Below, piece by piece: positions 13,676 through 27,939 of a stretch of DNA of 64,000 bases. Origin of the DNA: Daphnia carinata (lineage: Eukaryota). The stretch covers positions 6,448,001 through 6,512,000 of the forward strand of contig NC_081331.1 in NCBI RefSeq assembly GCF_022539665.2, given 5' to 3'. The notes below the pieces were generated by a model that saw only the letters and a list, made by a program, of their open reading frames with translations, ran no database searches and was not told where the DNA came from. Within the stretch, counting starts at the first letter, position 1, and the number at the start of each line of letters is the position of its first letter. Position numbers and translations under genes: made by a program.

Positions 13676-16600
13676 TTATTTGCTCTTCTTCTTGACCTTG
13701 GAAGATTTGACGCCCATTTTTTTCGATCCCTTTTTCTTCTTTTTCTTTTTCTTCTTCTCCTTGACGTTGCTGTTGCCGGCCAAGAACTCGTCCTGATCAT
13801 TATTACGCAAATTATTTTCACCTTCAACATTTAATTGTTTTTTTTCATCCAAAAGAATATTAGAATCACCTCTTCGGTTTCGGCGTTGCGGTGGCGCTTC
13901 CGTCGACAAGGCGTTTTGGCGTACCACATTCTCAAATTCTCTTCATCCTCCCTTAGGGCAAATAAACAAAAAATACACGCTGGAGAAGATGCCAATCAAG
14001 AATGAATTTTCACATTTAATCGGTCTCTTCCTTTGTCTCAGCTCTTTGAATCTTGGCGAATTGATGCCATAAGAAACTAGCGGTACTCTTCAGGGCAATG
14101 GCGTCATAAACTGACACCGAAATAAGCCGGGCTAAAAAAAAAAAAAATAAGGAGAAACTTTCCTTTTTTTTCTACGTCTTATCTTTGGGTACATAACTGC
14201 CATGACCGGCTGCCTTATTTACCCACACTCCCCCAGACATGCGCCATTTTGATTTTGGCAGTTATCCCAATAGTTAAAAGAAATAGGTTACGCATCAAAA
14301 CTAAGCGAAACGTGATCTCCTTAACAGACAATTCCCTTTTGAAAATAAGATTTCAAATTGATTTGAGACTCATGCTCGCATAAACTGACGAATGAATTGG
14401 AGGTTTCACATACTTGTAAATGGGTTCGCAGCGGGCCAGCGCCGACACGAACTCGTCCGCTTTCAGCATCTGACGTGGCAACAGCTGTTTCCGTCGTTCG
14501 CTCAATATCTATTGTGACGTCATTATATAAACATTTTATTTACCACACAATTTTTTTTTTCTTTTTTCTTTTTAGAATAAATATTACAAAACGCTCTTAC
14601 TTCAGAAACTGATCGTGCAATGGAGCCGGGCGTGTACGAGTCGGAAATCCGTGCCAGATTCGTCAATTCCGCAGGAGTCGTTGTGTATTGACATGAGCGC
14701 GTCGCTTGACGGATAAAATAGTCCCACATGGTAAAACGGGTGCCGTAATCCGGTGGGGGTATGCCAATCATCCGCTGGAAGCACTTGCGACAAATTCTTT
14801 AATAAAAAAAAATGATGTAATGAAATTCAAATGCTATAATCGATTCGAATCGCATCAGATTAACTCGTTGATCGCATTCCCACGGAGTGGACGAAGTTCC
14901 GACAAGGAGGACGCGATCCTCAGGTCCGATGGCTCTCAAAATCTTTGGCAATTCCTTCCTCATACGGCGCATGTCCCATCGTTCCATGCGCACCGATTTC
15001 TTCATAAATAGACGGTCGACGTCTTCGATAACGATTACGGATGGTTGCAACAGTCTAGAAACCTTGTTTAGAACCCAATCCGATTGAAATAGTTTGAATG
15101 GCCGGAGTTGGGGGCGCTTTAACCAAAGTTGTACCACTTACTTTAGTGATCAAATGGATAAGCATGGTCATGCCGGCCTTCCCCGGATAGCGGCCCATCA
15201 ACGAAGAGTTGCTCATGTCGAATAAAGTGGCACCAGTGTGGTTACATATAGCGTGCATTAAAAAGCTTTTACCCGAACCATGCGGTCCGGCTAACAAGAC
15301 GGAACGAGTCAATGGCGTCCTCTTCCGGATCTCTTCCGATCCTTGAAAAAAAAAAAAAAAATAATAATAATGTCAAAATATCATACAAGATGGATGTTTT
15401 TGAAAATAGTCATACCAAGGGTTAGAATGCAATACTCGATCAAAGCGCAGCGGATGTCTCCCAGTCCGGGAAATGTGTCGCGCTTCCATTTCCGACTGAG
15501 TGGATCGACAACAGAGACAGAACCCAGGAAATCTTGAATGTTTGCTTTCGGATAGGAGCGGATGATGCCGACTTGGACCAGCTCTTCCACAAGAGACTCG
15601 AGCGTTCGGTCGGGAGTCAGATCCTTCTCTTTGCGACCTCTCTTGGATTTCTTGGCCGCTTTTCGGGCCGTCTTCCTCTTACCTTTGCTCTTGCGCCCGC
15701 GGTCGCGATCGTAAGCCGATTTCAAACGATCCAGCTCGTAGCGAGCCTGGATATCCGCTTCAAGTCGCATCTCGTCGTCCAACTCTTCAGATACTTGCGC
15801 CCTGAGAAGCTCCAGGTCCCATCCGATCCCACCCGTCTCCGCACGATCCCTCCAAACGTCTAGAAGAAGCTCATCTTTCATTTTCCTCGCATTTAAATTT
15901 CAATTTTTCATAACGGACCGTAATATTTCTGATTTTCGTGGACGATTTTTTCCAGCCATTGCGACGGTGTCATGTCGACACCTTTTGGCCTGTCCTCTTC
16001 TGCCCGTTTCATGCTGCTCGATGTCTTAGCCATAGGCGGTGCTGTTACTTTCTTCATTGCATTGAGCGAAAATGAACCAAATTAAAAATCGATTCAATTT
16101 TCTTGCATGTGTTTCAAGGGTTTCTCACTTTTTTCACCACGACGGGGACGGGCGTTTCGACGGGCCGGTCGGCCGTATTGTAAATGAGTTTGGATCCTCC
16201 TTCCTCCTCTGCTGGAAGGTCAGGAAATTTGCCGCTTTGCTCGCGATGATCGATGTACCAGCGTCGAATTTGCTCTAAGAAACTTTCTCTGATGGCCACT
16301 CCATCTTTGTCTCTTTGGCGATCGCGAAGCGTTGCCAACTCGATTTGATATTGCGCTTCGAGTTCCGTTTGCTTCAGCGTTCGCATTGTCTCCAGTTCTT
16401 TCGCTCGCGTGATCTCCGGATTCTCTTTGTAGTTCTTGGGGACCTGCAAAATAAAAAACACGTTTTTTTTTTTGTTTTTTTTTTTAACAGTCAACCGCCT
16501 ACAAACGTCGCAATAATTCCGCCCATTAATCACGAATAAGAAAAGTGCTGATTCTATCGCCCTCAAGGTCTTTCACGCTCCAAGGATTTGCCAAGTCCAT

Positions 16601-17695
16601 TGATTCATATTGCGATCTTTTCTTTTTTTCACGACCCTAAACCGCACCGCGGGTTTTCAATTCAAAGCATATTTTGCATTTGGGCGTGTTCATTTTTGTT
16701 TGTTGTTATTCTGAAATTGTTTTAACGTGGACGTTTATGTTATCTAGTGACCGGAAAACAAAAGAATTTTGATTGAGGAAATGGATTTCTCCAACTATTA
16801 CGTCGTTCGTGCTTGGCCGGCTAAATATTCAAATGATTGATGTCACTCATTTTTTTTTTGTGCGTGAAATCAGTGGGGCGGGATTGATGGCAAAAAAAAA
16901 AAAGAAAACAATTTCACTTCATACCATTCCGAGGAACACCATTTCTTGATGGCGCATTTGACGGACGCGTTTGAGCGCTAAGAAGCTGCGCCAGGCGTTT
17001 TGGATTTTGATGGCGGCCGTGTAGGTGTTCATAGCGGGTTTGAGCTTATGCAAGCCGCGCCCGGTCACCATTTTCTGCTGGCGGATTTGCTTCATCAAGT
17101 TGAAACGCAGGCGGCCCTGACGAGCTCGTTCGTGAATTTGAATCAGAGCCACGGCTTCATCCCACGTCATGGACGCGCTGTCGGCGCTCAGTTGTCGACG
17201 CGGATTGCGCTCCGACTTGAGCAGCACTCGCTGGACCAGCTGTTTGCGGTCCGTTTCGCTAGCCGAACGGACGGAAGCGTTTCCGTCTCGATCTCCATTG
17301 ACGAACAGCGTCAACGGCGGATCAGTTTGTTCGGGGGACATTTTCAATTGGGCCAGTGCGACTCCGATGAATGGCGTTTCGTTAAATTCCAGTGTGGCCA
17401 ATTCGTTTTTCAGCTCGACCACTCGGCCCAGGACGGCCCTTATGATGGTGCTGATATCGCGTCGCTTCTGGACGTGCAACATGTTGCGAAAGCAGACGTC
17501 CAGCTTCCGGGCGACGACAATGTAGCGCAGATAGACGAGACTGAGTCGCGAATAGAGGACATGTCGGTGTTTCTCCGGCAGTGATGCCACGATGGCTTTC
17601 TCCTGTTCCCATAACGATTCCAACTCGTCCTCGGCCCAGCGCCACAATTCGTCCAAGTCCACCCTGCCATTTATTTGAAACGACGTGTCACGCAT
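13676..17695 (-). CDS. IQCA1: IQ and AAA domain-containing protein 1 (dynein regulatory complex subunit 11), multi-exon
   Basis: N-terminal MLHVQKRR..LGRVVELKNEL and IQIHERARQGRLR motifs; IQ motif AAIKIQNAWRSFLALKR; KDLTPDRTLESLVEELV; Walker A GPHGSGKS followed by HAICNHTGATLFD; C-terminal WYAKTP and a Lys-rich tail ending at TAA 13676. Confidence 0.9.
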
Positions 17696-20600
17696 ACTGT
17701 ACAATTTCGATTAGCAAACAAACATCGTTTGTCTCAACGACAATGAAATAATAGTTCCTCAGCGTAAGACTGGAACATTGACCTGCGTCACAGTTTTAAC
17801 CGCAATATGCATATTCGAGCAGGTCCTTTAGTGACTGGTTGGTCCACTCGTGGGCAACGGGCCACAAGCCTTACACATAAACACACAACCTGAAATCTCG
17901 ATTTAATAGTACAGGCAGTACACTGCCCTCTATAAGGATATGCAAATCTGGCCGTCAATGAGTCACTGTACGGAGACGGAATTTCAGGTCTGAGATTGAT
18001 GCGCTGGACGGTGAAAAACTACACAGAAATTTAGGACAGCAATACTGAGATGGCTTTAAAACTTACATGGACATGATGAGTCTTGAATTTCAGCTATCGA
18101 GAATCCCAATTCACTTGGAACAGCAATGCCCTGTCAAACTTGTAAATAGAAGAACGCTCTGGGATGTGCATATCGATTAAGCGTTGCCATAGTGATTGTT
18201 TATAACAGTCTACACCAACACGAAGCCCTTCTTTGTTATTGTTTAAATATGAATGTCACTTTTGTTTTTCATTCTTCGAACTTCAGATGCCCGCGTGTAC
18301 GGGAACAGGTTCTATAACAAGGATTGCATGAACAAGCAGTTAAACCCTTTCCATTTCTATTTACGCTAAAACAATTAAAAAGGAAAAACCTGATCCGAAA
18401 GGGAAAAACAAGTTGTAAAAGCGAACCAGTTTTGTCTCATTTTCATTATCAGCAACTTGTAATTTTCAGTCCAGCAGGTTGTAGAACAAGCGAAACCGGA
18501 CAGAGATGAATGACTTTGTACTACAGAAGAATGCACCTTGAGTACTGTAACACATATTTAAATTTGTCTACAGGATTATTCAAATTTCCTAACACTTTTC
18601 GTGCCAAGAGTTTCGCGTTCGTGAATGCGCAGGAAATACAAGAGAAAATCCCCGTAGTTACAAATTTATGCAACTTTTACGGTACTGGATCTTTTGCTGA
18701 ATTTCCGCACTGCGTTTGCAAACAAGGTTATCTCTAGAAGCACATCGAAAATATTGCAAAGCATTTTCCGCACTTGTGGGATTTTATTGCAATAAAATTG
18801 TGGTTAAATTGTCTGGTTTTGCTGCTTTTTAAGATAGTGGACCATAAACATTAGATGCATTCGCGAATTGCCTTATTACTTTTCAATTAAAATGGGAAAA
18901 ATTTTGCATTGCGAACAAAGCAAATCTCGAAAGGTTTGCGATTTATTACACCAGGCTTATACGAGTTTGCAGATTGCCAAAAATCTTCGTTTAAGTGACA
19001 GCAAGTAAACAAGGACGAATCCTTTATTTCTCCTACGTGTACGAATTTTATTACGCTTTTAACTGCTGTAACTATTTTATGAACTATAAGTGAAAGGTAG
19101 GAAACAATGTAAACAAATAGAGAAAAAAAAATAAATAAAAGGGAAGAATCACGACCGTTTTCAAGGTTTCCAACGATTCGGGTAAAATCCCACACCGTTT
19201 GCCATTGGCAGTACGAACGTGCAATACTGCAAGGTCACGATGTCTTTTATCTTGGGAAAAGGGGAAATACCTGATTAAAAATGCAAAAAAATGAAAAGGG
19301 AAATTATTAAGGGAAGTTTTGCAAGGTATTCATATGTGAAGCGTAACTCAAACGTTAAGAAATGCAGTAATTCGAATATTTATGCAATCGGAAAATTCCA
19401 ACGCTTACACTTATCGAGCTGTTGACTCACTTCCTATCAAATGCTAGTGGACGACTCATGTCTTTTGGAGGGGCAAAGTCATGACATCATTCATAAATAA
19501 TGCATGGCAATTGTGGGATTTACTCGTATCGCTAAATGAAAGCGACGATATTAAGAAATATAACAACCGATCATGTTTGTTATTGTCAAGTTTGTCCAAT
19601 CAGGAAGAGCAGACCTAATCTACGAAATGCCTTATCACGAACTGATACGAGGTTGTTAGTCACATTGGCGACGGATAGGAAGAGAAGGATCGAGACAGTG
19701 GGATATGTCACTCAGTTTTCCAGGACCACCTTCCCCTATCCGCCAAATAAATGACGCACGAAAATCAAATGAAAAACATTTTGTTTCGTCATGGCCCATG
19801 AGTCGCTATCCGCTTTGATCGGGAACTGTCCCGCTAAGACGAGTAATAGCAAAAAATGATTGTGATCTATACAAACTGAAAGGACCAGACTGAACCATTT
19901 TGCATCTCACTCGGCCATGGGCAATTTTAAGTGGATCCGCTTGGTTTTGCCATAAAAAAAAACAACACGGTAATAAAAAGAGAAAAAAAGCGTATCGTTT
20001 TCTTGTTCGTATGGCTCACCTTATTCTATCTGGCGAAATATTTTATGCATTGCAATTTTTTTTTGTTTAGAAAGTGGTCATCAACACACTTTTTCACGGT
20101 TATGTATACAACTACTAGGTTTTTTCCACTTGAAAAATACCTTGTCCTGGTTTATTTATTTGTTTTCCATTGACGCCTTTGTTGACTTACAAAGAACCTA
20201 TTCTTTTTCTGTTTTTGCTTTCTCTTTTTTTCTCTTTCTGATTTTTGAACAAGTAGCAAATGATTTCGTCTAGTCGTAGACGGGATGAATCCAAAGCCGA
20301 ATTATCATGATTCCGCATTGCTTTTCTCTGCTCTATTAATTTTTTAAACTTGGCTTACTGTTGTGGGCAAAGAGCGACGTCAATGGCCATCATTTTCACC
20401 AAACAATAACCCGCATGAAAAACATACAGGACGGCTATTGTTATTAAGAACAAAAACGTGATAACAGAAAAGGCCGGAAGGTAAGGAAACGGACCCCCCT
20501 CGCCATCTCGTAACTGGTACAGGAAAGCCCGCTAGTGTGGTCATTATTTAACGAAGAAGAACGAAGAAGATTTAACGAGAATGTTAAATATAAGAAACAG

Positions 20601-21372
20601 GATGTGTCGTCTTATCATTTCCTTTTTTTCCTTCTGCAAAAGCTGTTAATGCCATCTGTTTGCATTTTTTAGAACTTGCTATTCGGATTGGCTGAGTCCC
20701 GCAAGTTGCACGATGTTATTGATGATGCAATACGATGTGCTCGCACGTTTCCATTAGGTAACGACCGCCGTCGTCCTCTATCGTGAGCCACCGGGACTGT
20801 TACTGTTGTCGTTATTACGACTACAACTTACTTGATTTCAAGCTTCGTATGCCTTAAAACCCACACGTATTTTAAATAAACATTGCTTACTATTTCCACT
20901 CGTAGCACAGGAGCTTCTCATCCCGATTAGGATTTAAGCCCTCCAATATTATAAGTATAATTTGATCGGTACATGTAGGATTATGTTCGCCGCGCTACAC
21001 CAACCTTAACGATCGTGAGAAAAATACATAAGTAACACTTTCGATTATCCGTACGCTGTTGCAATTTTTAATGCAATATCGATCAACCATTGTCGGGAAG
21101 AAATGGCGCGGAAAGCAGATTTCTAACGTGTGCCACTCCCACACGCAGGGAAGGGGTGGGTGGGCAAATGAACTATTAAATGTATGGTGACTGTAAATTT
21201 CACTATTTTACTGCTGGGCCTTGAAAAAGCGTTGAATGTATTATCATTCATTAACCTTTCGTCGAACGTGTGTCGTGCGAACGTTGCCACCTTTCAGCAG
21301 TTGTCACGACGTCAGACAGTTGACAATACGCTTTTTTTTCTAAAGTGTCGTAAGTTGGTGAGAGACTGTAAA

Positions 21373-22997
21373 ATGTTCTCTTTTTTAATCCTGGTGACGT
21401 TTCTAAGTTTCGCTTTCGGACAGAATCTCGTTCTAATTGGTGGTAATCTCAGAGATGATAACGCACAAGTCTGGAATAAAATGGTCCAATTGGCTGTAAG
21501 TTTTCTTGCTTTTTAACAATTATTTTTTGAATCCCACGTTTTAAATATTGAACGAATATTAGGGTGGAAAAGGGGTGGCCAGAATAGGAGTAATCTCCGT
21601 TTCCAATCAGAACACAATCGAGGGTGACAGAGTGATTGAAAACTTCGTAAGAGTTTATGGTGCCAATGCAGTTGGGATCCCCGTGTCGCAGACTGGAGCA
21701 AACGATCCCGTCGTAGTAAGTTTTTACATTAATTGAATTTTAGTTAAAATATTTTGAAATATAGATTATTCATTGGTTGATTGCTATGCATAGGCAAATT
21801 TAGTGAAAGAACAGACAGGCATTTTCATCGTAGAAGATTCCGAAGATAAATCTTGGAATTTTTGGAACTGGGTAACGTCGTTGGTACGTCCAACTGATGT
21901 CGCTACAGAGCCACCCACTGGGATGGTGTGTTACGAAAGTGCTAGTTACAAAAGGCAACAGCTAATCGATACACTACGTCCGTTTGGCCAAGATTCTCTG
22001 GTATTAGCAGCCATCAAAACAGTCCTGAAAAAAGGTGGAATGGTTGCAGGAAATGCTGCTTATATGGTGAATTTAATCGCCGTTAGAAAAATCAATAACG
22101 TAATTCATAAGCCAACCAATTTGATTTACAGAGCAAATCTGCAGTCATTTTAGAAGGTGATTCGATCAGCGCTCTTGTATCTGGAACCCGTTTCATTTCC
22201 TTTCCTCGCATGCCATACTCTATCCGAAAAGAAGGTGGTCTCGCTCTTCTCAACACCGATTACGTGATAGAGAGCCATTTGAGCGAGAAAGGACGAGAAG
22301 TGCGATTAATGCGGACACTCCTCGAAAGTGACGTTTCCAGGGGACTCGGTGTCGATGAAAATACGGCACTTGTTGTCAATAATCCACTTTCCCGGCCAGT
22401 CGGTCAAGTAATGTTGTTTAATCTTGTAAATAAGATTGGCATTGACAGAAACTAATTTATGCTTTAAAGGTCATAACTGCGTCTTTGGACGTAACTGGTG
22501 TTCTTTACTTTGATGTCTCTGACATACCAACTCCTTCGATAACCAACGCTCTGTACGAGAATGTCACTTTTTCTTTCTTTACAGCAGATGACGTTTTCGA
22601 CTTAACATCAGGTAAACCTGTCGTATTGTGTTTCCTGCAAAACGTTCGCAAACTTCATTTTTCTTTGTACGAAGAGAGTGTAACTTATCCGCCGTGGAAG
22701 GAAGCTATTGCTGGCCAAGAGTGGTTCAAAAATGCTGTCCCATCTAATGACATTCTTTCTCGTGCCGGTCCGTCTCAGTGGCGGCAGACAGCTCGACGTC
22801 TTATTGATTGCAAGGAGCTGAACGTCACTAGTTACTCCCCGTCATCAATCGTCCCAATGATTCCGGCCGTTCAGGTCATCTTTAATCGTCAACGTGCAGT
22901 CGGATTTGGAGCTGATCTGCCTGGCGCTCCCAACAATACTTATGTTGCTTCTTTTCAAAGAATGATGGCTTCGGTTAAGGTTCTCGGAATACTGTAA
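21373..22997 (+). CDS. Secreted cyanophycinase-like (peptidase S51 fold) protein, probably catalytically inactive
   Basis: Signal peptide MFSFLILVTFLSFAFG, then QNLVLIGGNL, GGKGVARIGVIS, TGIF, KKGGMVAG, ESHLSEKGREVRL and GLGVDENTALVV, in the order seen in cyanophycinases. Exons join in frame across short GT-AG introns. Confidence 0.8.
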
Positions 22998-23367
22998 ATA
23001 CGACTCGTATATAGAATAGTTCCACAGTTATCTCAAATGTAAGCACACAGCTGTAATGACTTTAATCAATGCAACTCAAAAAATAAACTTTTAGACTTAT
23101 GTAATATTTGTGACACAGTTTTTGGAATTATCAATGTAGGAAAAAGGTTAGGATATTGTCAAAGTGTTACCAAGAAAGTACGATTAAATGAATATAGCAG
23201 CAGATCAATAGTTTTGAATAGAATTGAAGAACAAGTGTTTAGCACAACCGCGGTCAGTAAGCACTAGGTGACAGCAAACGTTATCTCTTAGCGTGAGTGC
23301 TGTCAGCTGTCAGTTGCGAACAAATTCGCTTACCTAATTCTTATTTGTGTTACTGTATTAAAACAAA

Positions 23368-24301
23368 ATGCCTCCAGTTTTAGCCTATTGGGCAATTCGT
23401 GGAGTAAGTATTATTGTCAGTTTTCTTCTCATGCTGCAGGATAGTGTACTATAGGGTTCTTATTTTTATTTATTTATTTTTTTTTTTACAGCTGGCCCAG
23501 CCGATTCGTTTACTGCTGGCATATACCCAGACCGAGTATGAAGATAAGCGTTATGTCGTAGGCCCAGGATTTGACAAATCATGCTGGTTTGATGTCAAAT
23601 TTACCCTTGGGTTGGATTTCCCAAATGTGAGTTACTAAATGATAATTTTGCTGCTTCATAATGATTCCCATAATGCAATTGTTCTGCCCACTCTGTTGCA
23701 GCTCCCATATTACATTGATGGAGATGTGAAGTTAACCCAAAGCAATGCTATCCTTCGCTACATTGCAGGAAAGCACAACTTAATTGGTACAAACGATAAA
23801 GAAAGGATACGTGTAGACATGATGGAAAATGAAGTTGGTGATTTTCGCAATAGCTGGGTCAGATTATGCTACAGTCCTAATTTTGTAAGCCACTTAAACT
23901 TGTAGATTTTAAAAGAAAAGGTTTAAAATAACTCTGTATTTTGCTAAAGGATGACTTAAAAGGTGACTACATCAAGAATCTGCCATTAAAACTCTCTGAG
24001 TTTTCCAAGTATCTTGGAGACTACAAGTGGCTTGCTGGGGAAAATGTAACACTCTTTGATTTCAAAATATACAATGTACAGTTAACAAGTTCCCTTAATT
24101 TTACAGATTTCATTTGTGGATTTCATTTTTTATGAAATGCTAGATCAGCATATGATACTTGTGCCTGACTGCCTTGACTCATTTCCAAATCTTAAACTCT
24201 ATTGTGATAGAGTCCGCTCGTTAGACTCCATAAAAGCCTACATGTCCGGAAGTGATTTTATAACCCGCCCACTAAACAATCCACACGCTGGGTTTAAGTA
24301 A
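23368..24301 (+). CDS. GSTM: Glutathione S-transferase, mu class (5 exons)
   Basis: [64 protein letters not shown]; canonical introns keep the frame. Confidence 0.95.
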
Positions 24302-27300
24302 ATGGGCTACATTGATTGAAATAGGTGAGTTCATTAAATTTAGTTCGGCTGGAACTGCAAGTTCTGCTGAGTAGCCCTTACTTTTCGAAATTTGTATTTC
24401 AGGTTAAAAAACGACATACCCTATTCACGTATAGTAAAACTGCAAACGATGTAACAGTAATTGTTCTGCGTTGCAGTGTTTATGCAGGTATCCGGTGCAA
24501 TATATATTACGGATTGGAAACGGAAATTTTTCGTTTTTTATTCTAATTTGTATTAGGGAATCTGCTAAATGAGTAAAAGCGTTTTTGGAGATCGCGATGA
24601 GAAAGTTATCGGATGCAGCTAAAAAAAAAACTTTCATCCATGATCGAAAACCGTAGTTTTACAACGTTTGAATCTCGTAGTAAAATGAAAATTTTTTCAA
24701 ACTCGCATATAACCAATGTCCTGTTCAGCACCATAGCGTAACGTTCCAAAGAGCTAAAATATGGTGCTACGCTCCAAAGGAAAGAGGTCGATGGCGATAT
24801 TTGTGATTCCGTTACATAATTTGCGTTTAGGTCACGCAAAAGACTTCTGTCTTGGAAGTCAAATGTGGAATGCAAAAAATTTGCCTGATCGACGGGTTGG
24901 ATGACGTGGTTATACTTAGCTCCTCACAAAATAAACTAGAGTATCCGGCTTTCCAACCGAAAAATGTGCATACAGCTACTATATTTTCACGTGATGCAAA
25001 TAATAATTGTTGAACACGTTTTCTAATTTAGGAAAAGGAAGCAACGAAACGCTGTGTGGGCGCGTCGTCTTTCTAAAAATACTTTTGTTAACATACTTTT
25101 ATATAAAAAGGTATTTTTCCAAGTATTTTAATCAACTAGCAAAACCCATAGATTGATGTCACGAAGGACGTGGAACATACTTCGTTCCTCCAAATCGAAG
25201 CATTAGTCTGATTACTTTTATTTTTCCTTGGTCTCCACAACAGATGGCGCGAACCTGTCCTCTGATGTTTTGCTATTCATTTAATCGATTGACTAGGATA
25301 TGTATTCTCGTTTTTTTCGTCACGTCTATCATGACATATGATCTTGCTAGTTGTGGTACACCAGGAGAAAGCCTCTAAGGAGGATCAAACATCTTGTAAA
25401 CGGACCAAATTACTACGAAGCCTGTTGGCTGTTGTGGCCGGAAGAAGCTTTTGGTTATGCAACTCTACTCAGCCTTCGACCCATAGGAAAACAAAACAAA
25501 CAAGCCAAAAATAATGAAGGGCAATTGCGTCACTTGTGTTTCAGGTTACACAACCAGTTTAATGAATCTAGCCCAATCTCCAGACACACGAGAAAGTTCA
25601 TTCTCGTTCTTTCTCTTCGTTTTTGCAAAACGCAGTATGCGACGCATTGCCATTACGAAACAACTGGTTAGAGTTCAACTAAGTTGTTTATTTAAAGTGC
25701 GAACGTCTGGTGGCGAACGATCCCTGCATCACGTACACGCGTACGCATTTTTCTGTATTATATTGCGTTGCGTGTTGATATACCATGCGTGTCAGTCTGA
25801 AAAAGGATCGGCTACCTACGGTAGCGCACCTGCTATGAAAGCATTGAAATACGATGCACGTCTACCGATGATAGTAGCAGAATCTCCTACAAAAACACGC
25901 GCTTATACCGACTGAATTCATTAAACGCTCTGGCAGTGACGCAGCACCTCACGTACTCACGCGGGACCACTCAAACGAATTACGATTTCCTGATAAAAAT
26001 GACAATTGTATCATTACACTATATAATAGTGAATTTTAAATATTAATTATCGGGCTAAACAAATGGATATGGAGCGAAACGGTTTGTTTTTAGATTTAGA
26101 AGCCCAGGTACAAGTGGCTCTTACGTGCTTTACTTAGTTCACTAATCTTCGCAATACCCAATGCCGTACCCTAAAGAACTTGCAGATGGGCTAAAGTTGT
26201 TCGTCTTTGATGAAAGTAGATTTTGGTCATGGCGCTGCGACCCACTACAGACGATAGCGACTCGACTAACATCGATTGCAACTCAGAAACGGGAATAGCG
26301 GCGACGATAAGAAACGGTCGTTATTGATTATTGGACTTTTGGCGGAGAGCGGAACGTCTCACACGATTGTCAATCAAGCGTATAGGGAATATTCATCGGG
26401 TTCCTCCATTAATTACGTAGACAGATGAAGAAAGGGGCGAAGTGAAGTTTTAAGGTATAAAGACACGAACTTGCAGCGATTGATCACTGAACCTACCCAA
26501 GAACTTTTAAAACTTTGCAAAAAGAAAATGTTCTCTTTCTTCTTAAACCGCGAGATGAAATAGCCTATTGATTATCTAGCTTTAGAGCGGTAGTTTAGGC
26601 GACACGCTAATGCGGAAGCAAACGGCGGGACATCGAGTTCAGCATGAAATGGAAAAAACGATGAAAAACTGGCTTCGTAGAGTCAATTTTATTCTTGCAT
26701 GCGTAAATTGAAGTTTCCTGTAGGCATCATTAAGTCTTCTAATAAAACGCTGCACCTTTTCCGAGCTTCTTACTCACTTAAAAAAGAAAAAGATCTAGAA
26801 CGCGAAGAAATACTGCGCCGAATCGGCAAAAGATGACTGAATTTTAATAGGATTTCTTTTCCTCTTATGTGACCAATTGAAACCACATGATTACCTTGCA
26901 ACAGACAAGAGTTGTCTATACATAAGAACCGTTGACTTCTACTACAAATGTACGCAGACATTATATTTAAATCTCCTTTTTCTTGTGTGTGTGACTGAGA
27001 GTCTGTGACCACTCAAATAAGGACTTCCATTCCCTTTCCTCTGTAGATTACAACTGAGGTATTTGTGCACGTCAAACAAGACGGTTGCTAATGCTAATCT
27101 AAGCCGTTTTTCCTGTACGTACTTGGGCGTCCTTTCTAAAGCTGCTTGTCGTGCTTAAATTCATAATAGATGGCTCGGGGAGTTCTTACAGAGGACGACA
27201 CCCCTTCGTGAAAGGAACGCATAAACATTTTGAATTATGTTCTAAAAATTTATTTTGCGTCCTTGTTTGGTACCCTTCCTCTATTGCAGAACAAATTTAT

Positions 27301-27939
27301 AAGGATTCAGATGAGACAGGAAAAGGTAAGGTATAGTAAAAATTCTCTTTATTCTGCCATATATGAAAAAGTTGAAGAACAAGGGACCTCTAAAGCAATT
27401 TTTTAAGAAAAAAAAAAGGGGAAAACCCCATTCTATAGGGAGACGGCGATACGAAGAGGGCAAGGAAAGATAAGAGGACTCGAGACGGAAATAATGGACG
27501 TGCGCTTCGGGACTAAAGATTGAGATCGGGAGCGCCAGTAGCCGAGTTCTCTTCGCTCGTGTCGGTGCGTTTCCTCGTCGCTTCCCTTCACTTGCTGCCA
27601 CACGTCGGCATAATTTTATTTTATTTATTTTTTTTTCAGGTGTCGGCAGTTTATCGATTTTAACATTTGTTTTCGACAGTAACCAGCCGTTCAAATAGCA
27701 ATACACTTTTGGGCGTTTCTTTTTTCGCGCAAAATTCGCTCATTCAGCGATAACCAGGTACGGCTTATCTCATGTTGACATAACGTTGGCACGTCGTCGC
27801 TTGCATGTCTTTATGTCAGTGATGAAATGTACACCGTTCAATGCACATACTTATCAGCCTAGTATATAAATATCGTAAATTCTAATGATGGGCACCAGTT
27901 GAAAAATAACATTTCAAAATGGTAGTATACAGTTCCGTG

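Noticed and set aside
10959..17584. Long + strand ORFs such as 10959-11513 and 17000-17584
   Set aside because: Antisense shadows of GC-rich minus-strand exons.
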